Shown: in pieces, positions 53,601 to 64,000 of the stretch
Layout: each line of letters begins with the position of its first letter
How positions within the stretch are numbered: position 1 is the first letter of the stretch
Origin: Auanema rhodensis
Lineage: Eukaryota; Animalia; Nematoda
DNA: 64,000 bases
Reading direction: 5' to 3'
Assembly: GCA_964057225.1 (NCBI GenBank)
Contig: OZ059895.1
Location: 1,674,001-1,738,000 of the forward strand
Translations under genes and position numbers: made by a program
The notes under the pieces: model-generated
What the model was told of the DNA's origin: nothing
Databases searched by the model: none
The model's input: the letters and a program-made list of their open reading frames with translations, nothing else

Positions 53601-56600
53601 TTTGTCAAAATGTTTTTGGAAGCAATGTTGAGTGTACATGGAAACTCAACATACACTAATGCATCATTTTTCAAACGATCATAACTAATTTTTGTATCAA
53701 GCGTTTCTCGATGTAGTATAGTGCATTCGATGCGGATTTTTAAGCTGCGTCGATCTGTGTTATCAGATTTGCGCTAGCTTAAAAATGCACCGAGATATCA
53801 ACTGATATAAGTTCACACTTATATCCTCGATTTTCACCCTGAAGAATTAATTTTTTCGTTGAATAACATTGTCCATCGTCTTTGCCTTGAAAAATGGAAT
53901 CTAAAAACATCTACTTTTTGCTAAATTATTTTGAAATTTTTCGAAAAAATTTTTGTCAAAATGTTTTTGGAAGCAATGTTCAGTGTACATGGAAACTCAA
54001 CATACACTAATGCATCATTTTTCAAACGATCATAACTAATTTTTGTATCAAGCGTTTCTCGATGTAGTATAGTGCATTCGATGCGGATTTTTAAGCTGCG
54101 TCGATCTGTGTTATCAGATTTGCGCTAACTTAAAAATGCACCGAGATATCAACTGATATAAGTTCACACTTATATCCTCGATTTTCATCCTGAAGAATTA
54201 ATTTTTTCGTTGAATAACATTGTCTATCGTCTTTGCCTTGAAAAATGGAATCTAAAAACATCTACTTTTTGCTAAATTATTTTGAAATTTTTCGAAAAAA
54301 TTTTTGTCAAAATGTTTTTGGAAGCAATGTTGAGTGTACATGGAAACTCAACATACACTAATGCATCATTTTTCAAACAATCATAACTAATTTGTGTATT
54401 AAGCGTTTCTCAATGTAGTATAGTGCATTCGATGCGGATTTTTAAGCTGCGGCGATCTGTGTTATCAGATTTGCGCTAACTTAAAAATGCACCGAGATAT
54501 CAACTGATATAAGTTCACACTTATATCCTCGATTTTCATCCTGAAGAATTAATTTTTTCGTTGAATAACATTGTCTATCGTCTTTGCCTTGAAAAATGGA
54601 ATCTAAAAACATCTACTTTTTGCTAAATTATTTTGAAATTTTTCGAAAAAATTTTTTGTCAAAATGTTTTTGGAAGCAATGTTGAGTGTACATGGAGACT
54701 CAACATACACTAATGCATCATTTTTCAAACAATCATAACTAATTTTTGTATCAAGCGTTTCTCGATGTAGTATAGTGCATTCGATGCGGATTTTTAAGCT
54801 GCGTCGATCTGTGTTATCAGATTTGCGCTAGCTTAAAAATGCACCGAGATATCAACTGATATAAGTTCACACTTATATCCTCGATTTTCACCCTGAAGAA
54901 TTAATTTTTTCGTTGAATAACATTGTCCATCGTCTTTGCCTTGAAAAATGGAATCTAAAAACATCTACTTTTTGCTAAATTATTTTGAAATTTTTCGAAA
55001 AAATTTTTGTCAAAATGTTTTTGGAAGCAATGTTCAGTGTACATGGAAACTCAACATACACTAATGCATCATTTTTCAAACGATCATAACTAATTTTTGT
55101 ATCAAGCGTTTCTCGATGTAGTATAGTGCATTCGATGCGGATTTTTAAGCTGCGTCGATCTGTGTTATCAGATTTGCGCTAACTTAAAAATGCACCGAGA
55201 TATCAACTGATATAAGTTCACACTTATATCCTCGATTTTCATCCTGAAGAATTAATTTTTTCGTTGAATAACATTGTCTATCGTCTTTGCCTTGAAAAAT
55301 GGAATCTAAAAACATCTACTTTTTGCTAAATTATTTTGAAATTTTTCGAAAAAATTTTTGTCAAAATGTTTTTGGAAGCAATGTTGAGTGTACATGGAAA
55401 CTCAACATACACTAATGCATCATTTTTCAAACAATCATAACTAATTTGTGTATTAAGCGTTTCTCAATGTAGTATAGTGCATTCGATGCGGATTTTTAAG
55501 CTGCGGCGATCTGTGTTATCAGATTTGCGCTAACTTAAAAATGCACCGAGATATCAACTGATATAAGTTCACACTTATATCCTCGATTTTCATCCTGAAG
55601 AATTAATTTTTTCGTTGAATAACATTGTCTATCGTCTTTGCCTTGAAAAATGGAATCTAAAAACATCTACTTTTTGCTAAATTATTTTGAAATTTTTCGA
55701 AAAAATTTTTTGTCAAAATGTTTTTGGAAGCAATGTTGAGTGTACATGGAGACTCAACATACACTAATGCATCATTTTTCAAACAATCATAACTAATTTT
55801 TGTATCAAGCGTTTCTCGATGTAGTATAGTGCATTCGATGCGGATTTTTAAGCTGCGTCGATCTGTGTTATCAGATTTGCGCTAGCTTAAAAATGCACCG
55901 AGATATCAACTGATATAAGTTCACACTTATATCCTCGATTTTCACCCTGAAGAATTAATTTTTTCGTTGAATAACATTGTTCATCGTCTTTGCCTTGAAA
56001 AATGGAATCTAAAAACATCTACTTTTTGCTAAATTATTTTGAAATTTTTCGAAAAAATTTTTGTCAAAATGTTTTTGGAAGCAATGTTGAGTGTACATGG
56101 AAACTCAACATACACTAATGCATCATTTTTCAAACAATCATAACTTATTTGTGTATTAAGCGTTTCTCAATGTAGTATAGTGCATTCGATGCGGATTTTT
56201 AAGCTGCGTCGATCTGTGTTATCAGATTTGCGCTAGCTTAAAAATGCACCGAGATATCAACTGATATAAGTTCACACTTATATCCTCGATTTTCACCCTG
56301 AAGAATTAATTTTTTCGTTGAATAACATTGTCTATCGTCTTTGCCTTGAAAAATGGAATCTAAAAACATCTACTTTTTGCTAAATTATTTTGAAATTTTT
56401 CGAAAAAATGTTTGTCAAAATGTTTTTGGAAGCAATGTTGAGTGTACATGGAAACTCAACATACACTAATGCATCATTTTTCAAACAATCATAACTAATT
56501 TTTGTATCAAGCGTTTCTCGATGTAGTATAGTGCATTCGATGCGGATTTTTAAGCTGCGTCGATCTGTGTTATCAGATTTGCGCTAGCTTAAAAATGCAC

Positions 56601-59600
56601 CGAGATATCAACTGATATAAGTTCACACTTATATCCTCGATTTTCACCCTGAAGAATTAATTTTTTCGTTGAATAACATTGTCCATCGTCTTTGCCTTCA
56701 AAAATGGAATCTAAAAACATCTACTTTTTGCTAAATTATTTTGAAATTTTTCGAAAAAATTTTTGTCAAAATGTTTTTGGAAGCAATGTTGAGTGTACAT
56801 GGAAACTCAACATACACTAATGCATCATTTTTCAAACAATCATAACTAATTTGTGTATTAAGCGTTTCTCAATGTAGTATAGTGCATTCGATGCGGATTT
56901 TTAAGCTGCGGCGATCTGTGTTATCAGATTTGCGCTAACTTAAAAATGCACCGAGATATCAACTGATATAAGTTCACACTTATATCCTCGATTTTCATCC
57001 TGAAGAATTAATTTTTTCGTTGAATAACATTGTCCATCGTCTTTGCCTTGAAAAATGGAATCTAAAAACATCTACTTTTTGCTAAATTATTTTGAAATTT
57101 TTCGAAAAAATTTTTGTCAAAATGTTTTTGGAAGCAATGTTGAGTGTACATGGAAACTCAACATACACTAATGCATCATTTTTCAAACGATCATAACTAA
57201 TTTTTGTATCAAGCGTTTCTCGATGTAGTATAGTGCATTCGATGCGGATTTTTAAGCTGCGTCGATCTGTGTTATCAGATTTGCGCTAGCTTAAAAATGC
57301 ACCGAGATATCAACTGATATAAGTTCACACTTATATCCTCGATTTTCACCCTGAAGAATTAATTTTTTCGTTGAATAACATTGTCCATCGTCTTTGCCTT
57401 GAAAAATGGAATCTAAAAACATCTACTTTTTGCTAAATTATTTTGAAATTTTTCGAAAAAATTTTTGTCAAAATGTTTTTGGAAGCAATGTTGAGTGTAC
57501 ATGGAAACTCAACATACACTAATGCATCATTTTTCAAACAATCATAACTAATTTGTGTATTAAGCGTTTCTCAATGTAGTATAGTGCATTCGATGCGGAT
57601 TTTTAAGCTGCGGCGATCTGTGTTATCAGATTTGCGCTAACTTAAAAATGCACCGAGATATCAACTGATATAAGTTCACACTTATATCCTCGATTTTCAT
57701 CCTGAAGAATTAATTTTTTCGTTGAATAACATTGTCTATCGTCTTTGCCTTGAAAAATGGAATCTAAAAACATCTACTTTTTGCTAAATTATTTTGAAAT
57801 TTTTCGAAAAAATTTTTTGTCAAAATGTTTTTGGAAGCAATGTTGAGTGTACATGGAGACTCAACATACACTAATGCATCATTTTTCAAACAATCATAAC
57901 TAATTTTTGTATCAAGCGTTTCTCGATGTAGTATAGTGCATTCGATGCGGATTTTTAAGCTGCGTCGATCTGTGTTATCAGATTTGCGCTAGCTTAAAAA
58001 TGCACCGAGATATCAACTGATATAAGTTCACACTTATATCCTCGATTTTCACCCTGAAGAATTAATTTTTTCGTTGAATAACATTGTTCATCGTCTTTGC
58101 CTTGAAAAATGAAATCTAAAAACATCTACTTTTTGCTAAATTATTTTGAAATTTTTCGAAAAAATTTTTGTCAAAATGTTTTTGGAAGCAATGTTGAGTG
58201 TACATGGAAACTCAACATACACTAATGCATCATTTTTCAAACAATCATAACTTATTTGTGTATTAAGCGTTTCTCAATGTAGTATAGTGCATTCGATGCG
58301 GATTTTTAAGCTGCGTCGATCTGTGTTATCAGATTTGCGCTAGCTTAAAAATGCACCGAGATATCAACTGATATAAGTTCACACTTATATCCTCGATTTT
58401 CACCCTGAAGAATTAATTTTTTCGTTGAATAACATTGTCTATCGTCTTTGCCTTGAAAAATGGAATCTAAAAACATCTACTTTTTGCTAAATTATTTTGA
58501 AATTTTTCGAAAAAATTTTTGTCAAAATGTTTTTGGAAGCAATGTTGAGTGTACATGGAAACTCAACATACACTAATGCATCATTTTTCAAACAATCATA
58601 ACTAATTTTTGTATCAAGCGTTTCTCGATGTAGTATAGTGCATTCGATGCGGATTTTTAAGCTGCGTCGATCTGTGTTATCAGATTTGCGCTAGCTTAAA
58701 AATGCACCGAGATATCAACTGATATAAGTTCACACTTATATCCTCGATTTTCACCCTGAAGAATTAATTTTTTCGTTGAATAACATTGTCCATCGTCTTT
58801 GCCTTCAAAAATGGAATCTAAAAACATCTACTTTTTGCTAAATTATTTTGAAATTTTTCGAAAAAATTTTTGTCAAAATGTTTTTGGAAGCAATGTTGAG
58901 TGTACATGGAAACTCAACATACACTAATGCATCATTTTTCAAACAATCATAACTAATTTGTGTATTAAGCGTTTCTCAATGTAGTATAGTGCATTCGATG
59001 CGGATTTTTAAGCTGCGGCGATCTGTGTTATCAGATTTGCGCTAACTTAAAAATGCACCGAGATATCAACTGATATAAGTTCACACTTATATCCTCGATT
59101 TTCATCCTGAAGAATTAATTTTTTCGTTGAATAACATTGTCCATCGTCTTTGCCTTGAAAAATGGAATCTAAAAACATCTACTTTTTGCTAAATTATTTT
59201 GAAATTTTTCGAAAAAATTTTTGTCAAAATGTTTTTGGAAGCAATGTTGAGTGTACATGGAAACTCAACATACACTAATGCATCATTTTTCAAACGATCA
59301 TAACTAATTTTTGTATCAAGCGTTTCTCGATGTAGTATAGTGCATTCGATGCGGATTTTTAAGCTGCGTCGATCTGTGTTATCAGATTTGCGCTAGCTTA
59401 AAAATGCACCGAGATATCAACTGATATAAGTTCACACTTATATCCTCGATTTTCACCCTGAAGAATTAATTTTTTCGTTGAATAACATTGTCCATCGTCT
59501 TTGCCTTGAAAAATGGAATCTAAAAACATCTACTTTTTGCTAAATTATTTTGAAATTTTTCGAAAAAATTTTTGTTAAAATGTTTTTGGAAGCAATGTTG

Positions 59601-62600
59601 AGTGTACATGGAAACTCAACATACACTAATGCATCATTTTTCAAACAATCATAACTTATTTGTGTATTAAGCGTTTCTCAATGTAGTATAGTGCATTCGA
59701 TGCGGATTTTTAAGCTGCGTCGATCTGTGTTATCAGATTTGCGCTAGCTTAAAAATGCACCGAGATATCAACTGATATAAGTTCACACTTATATCCTCGA
59801 TTTTCACCCTGAAGAATTAATTTTTTCGTTGAATAACATTGTCTATCGTCTTTGCCTTGAAAAATGGAATCTAAAAACATCTACTTTTTGCTAAATTATT
59901 TTGAAAATTTTCGAAAAAATTTTTGTCAAAATGTTTTTGGAAGCAATGTTGAGTGTACATGGAAACTCAACATACACTAATGCATCATTTTTCAAACAAT
60001 CATAACTAATTTTTGTATCAAGCGTTTCTCGATGTAGTATAGTGCATTCGATGCGGATTTTTAAGCTGCGTCGATCTGTGTTATCAGATTTGCGCTAGCT
60101 TAAAAATGCACCGAGATATCAACTGATATAAGTTCACACTTATATCCTCGATTTTCACCCTGAAGAATTAATTTTTTCGTTGAATAACATTGTCCATCGT
60201 CTTTGCCTTCAAAAATGGAATCTAAAAACATCTACGTTTTGCTAAATTATTTTGAAATTTTTCGAAAAAATTTTTGTCAAAATGTTTTTGGAAGCAATGT
60301 TGAGTGTACATGGAAACTCAACATACACTAATGCATCATTTTTCAAACAATCATAACTTATTTGTGTATTAAGCGTTTCTCAATGTAGTATAGTGCATTC
60401 GATGCGGATTTTTAAGCTGCGTCGATCTGTGTTATCAGATTCGCGCTAGCTTAAAAATGCACCGAGATATCAACTGATATAAGTTCACACTTATATCCTC
60501 GATTTTCACCCTGAAGAATTAATTTTTTCGTTGAATAACATTGTCCATCGTCTTTGCCTTGAAAAATGGAATCTAAAAACATCTACTTTTTGCTAAATTA
60601 TTTTGAAATTTTTCGAAAAAATTTTTGTCAAAATGTTTTTAGAAGCAATGTTGAGTGTACATGGAAACTCAACATACACTAATGCATCATTTTTCAAACA
60701 ATCATAACTAATTTGTGTATTAAGCGTTTCTCGATGTAGTATAGTGCATTCGATGCGGATTTTTAAGCTGCGTCGATCTGTGTTATCAGATTTGCGCTAG
60801 CTTAAAAATGCACCGAGATATCAACTGATATATGTTCACACTTATATCCTCGATTTTCACCCTGAAGAATTAATTTTTTCGTTGAATAACATTGTCCATC
60901 GTCTTTGCCTTGAAAAATGGAATCTAAAAACATCTACTTTTTGCTAAATTATTTTGAAATTTTTCGAAAAAATTTTTGTCAAAATGTTTTTGGAAGCAAT
61001 GTTGAGTGTACATGGAAACTCAACATACACTAATGCATCATTTTTCAAACAATCATAACTAATTTGTGTATTAAGCGTTTCTCAATGTAGTACAGTGCAT
61101 TCGATGCGGATTTTTAAGCTGCGGCGATCTGTGTTATCAGATTTGCGCTAACTTAAAAATGCACCGAGATATCAACTGATATAAGTTCACACTTATATCC
61201 TCGATTTTCATCCTGAAGAATTAATTTTTTCGTTGAATAACATTGTCCATCGTCTTTGCCTTGAAAAATGGAATCTAAAAACATCTACTTTTTGCTAAAT
61301 TATTTTGAAATTTTTCGAAAAAATTTTTGTCAAAATGTTTTTGGAAGCAATGTTGAGTGTACATGGAGACTCAACATACACTAATGCATCATTTTTCAAA
61401 CAATCATAACTAATTTTTGTATCAAGCGTTTCTCGATGTAGTATAGTGCATTCGATGCGGATTTTTAAGCTGCGTCGATCTGTGTTATCAGATTTGCGCT
61501 AGCTTAAAAATGCACCGAGATATCAACTGATATAAGTTCACACTTATATCCTCGATTTTCACCCTGAAGAATTAATTTTTTCGTTGAATAACATTGTCCA
61601 TCGTCTTTGCCTTCAAAAATGGAATCTAAAAACATCTACGTTTTGCTAAATTATTTTGAAATTTTTCGAAAAAATTTTTGTCAAAATGTTTTTGGAAGCA
61701 ATGTTGAGTGTACATGGAAACTCAACATACACTAATGCATCATTTTTCAAACAATCATAACTTATTTGTGTATTAAGCGTTTCTCAATGTAGTATAGTGC
61801 ATTCGATGCGGATTTTTAAGCTGCGTCGATCTGTGTTATCAGATTCGCGCTAGCTTAAAAATGCACCGAGATATCAACTGATATAAGTTCACACTTATAT
61901 CCTCGATTTTCACCCTGAAGAATTAATTTTTTCGTTGAATAACATTGTCCATCGTCTTTGCCTTGAAAAATGGAATCTAAAAACATCTACTTTTTGCTAA
62001 ATTATTTTGAAATTTTTCGAAAAAATTTTTGTCAAAATGTTTTTAGAAGCAATGTTGAGTGTACATGGAAACTCAACATACACTAATGCATCATTTTTCA
62101 AACAATCATAACTAATTTGTGTATTAAGCGTTTCTCGATGTAGTATAGTGCATTCGATGCGGATTTTTAAGCTGCGTCGATCTGTGTTATCAGATTTGCG
62201 CTAGCTTAAAAATGCACCGAGATATCAACTGATATATGTTCACACTTATATCCTCGATTTTCACCCTGAAGAATTAATTTTTTCGTTGAATAACATTGTC
62301 CATCGTCTTTGCCTTGAAAAATGGAATCTAAAAACATCTACTTTTTGCTAAATTATTTTGAAATTTTTCGAAAAAATTTTTGTCAAAATGTTTTTGGAAG
62401 CAATGTTGAGTGTACATGGAAACTCAACATACACTAATGCATCATTTTTCAAACAATCATAACTAATTTGTGTATTAAGCGTTTCTCAATGTAGTACAGT
62501 GCATTCGATGCGGATTTTTAAGCTGCGGCGATCTGTGTTATCAGATTTGCGCTAACTTAAAAATGCACCGAGATATCAACTGATATAAGTTCACACTTAT

Positions 62601-64000
62601 ATCCTCGATTTTCATCCTGAAGAATTAATTTTTTCGTTGAATAACATTGTCCATCGTCTTTGCCTTGAAAAATGGAATCTAAAAACATCTACTTTTTGCT
62701 AAATTATTTTGAAATTTTTCGAAAAAATTTTTGTCAAAATGTTTTTGGAAGCAATGTTGAGTGTACATGGAGACTCAACATACACTAATGCATCATTTTT
62801 CAAACAATCATAACTAATTTTTGTATCAAGCGTTTCTCGATGTAGTATAGTGCATTCGATGCGGATTTTTAAGCTGCGTCGATCTGTGTTATCAGATTTG
62901 CGCTAGCTTAAAAATGCACCGAGATATCAACTGATATAAGTTCACACTTATATCCTCGATTTTCACCCTGAAGAATTGATTTTTTCGTTGAATAACATTG
63001 TCCATCGTCTTTGCCTTGAAAAATGGAATCTAAAAACATCTACTTTTTGCTAAATTATTTTGAAATTTTTCGAAAAAATTTTTGTCAAAATGTTTTTGGA
63101 AGCAATGTTGAGTGTACATGGAAACTCAACATACACTAATGCATCATTTTTCAAACAATCATAACTAATTTGTGTATTAAGCGTTTCTCAATGTAGTACA
63201 GTGCATTCGATGCGGATTTTTAAGCTGCGGCGATCTGTGTTATCAGATTTGCGCTAACTTAAAAATGCACCGAGATATCAACTGATATAAGTTCACACTT
63301 ATATCCTCGATTTTCATCCTGAAGAATTAATTTTTTCGTTGAATAACATTGTCCATCGTCTTTGCCTTGAAAAATGGAATCTAAAAACATCTACTTTTTG
63401 CTAAATTATTTTGAAATTTTTCGAAAAAATTTTTGTCAAAATGTTTTTGGAAGCAATGTTGAGTGTACATGGAAACTCAACATACACTAATGCATCATTT
63501 TTCAAACAATCATAACTAATTTGTGTATTAAGCGTTTCTCAATGTAGTATAGTGCATTCGATGCGGATTTTTAAGCTGCGTCGATCTGTGTTATCAGATT
63601 TGCGCTAGCTTAAAAATGCACCGAGATATCAACTGATATAAGTTCACACTTATATCCTCGATTTTCACCCTGAAGAATTAATTTTTTCGTTGAATAACAT
63701 TGTCCATCGTCTTTGCCTTCAAAAATGGAATCTAAAAACATCTACGTTTTGCTAAATTATTTTGAAATTTTTCGAAAAAATTTTTGTCAAAATGTTTTTG
63801 GAAGCAATGTTGAGTGTACATGGAAACTCAACATACACTAATGCATCATTTTTCAAACAATCATAACTTATTTGTGTATTAAGCGTTTCTCAATGTAGTA
63901 TAGTGCATTCGATGCGGATTTTTAAGCTGCGTCGATCTGTGTTATCAGATTCGCGCTAGCTTAAAAATGCACCGAGATATCAACTGATATAAGTTCACAC
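53601..64000 (+). repeat. Satellite domain with 3-mer (1054), 6-mer (2107) and 4-mer (1404) HORs
   Basis: atgttCagt at 53981 and 55035; attgtTcat at 55981 and 58088; ctacGtttt at ~60236, 61640 and 63746; shared gctgcGgcga, ttcaTcctg and catggaGac variants. Confidence 0.82.

Larger units (their letters stand above)
1..64000 (+). repeat. AT-rich 351-bp tandem satellite DNA array (~182 monomers), probably centromeric/pericentromeric heterochromatin; continues past both window edges
   Basis: The motif aatgttgagtgtacatggaaactcaacatac recurs at 1, 352, 703, 1054, then 1691, 2042, 2393 and onward with a 351-bp period (occasional 350-, 352- and 354-bp indel variants). Monomers differ by only a few SNPs. 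The centromeric assignment is inference from size, homogeneity and AT content. Confidence 0.99.

Noticed and set aside
1-64000. CRISPR-like array (palindromic repeats at regular spacing)
   Set aside because: The intervening sequences are near-identical rather than unique spacers, the period is 351 bp, and there are no cas genes or leader.

Overview
The whole 64-kb window is one uninterrupted, very homogeneous tandem satellite-DNA array with a 351-bp monomer (about 31% GC by hand count of monomer 1; roughly 182 copies). This is typical of eukaryotic centromeric or pericentromeric heterochromatin; the host cannot be identified from the sequence. There are no real genes, RNA genes, CRISPR arrays or transposon insertions. 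The six ORF calls are artefacts of single SNPs that remove a stop codon in some monomers. The structure worth noting is: (i) one inverted 366-bp insert (1093-1458) that replaces about 80 bp of a monomer and lies on a boundary between sequence subfamilies; (ii) four dyad symmetries in every monomer, spaced on a ~176-bp half-period; (iii) a mosaic of local higher-order repeats (2-, 3-, 4-, 5-, 6-, 8- and 12-mers) whose diagnostic SNPs turn over along the array, with some variant blocks recurring 10-30 kb from their nearest match. I found no support for a novel protein- or RNA-encoded system; any novelty is in satellite architecture and dynamics.
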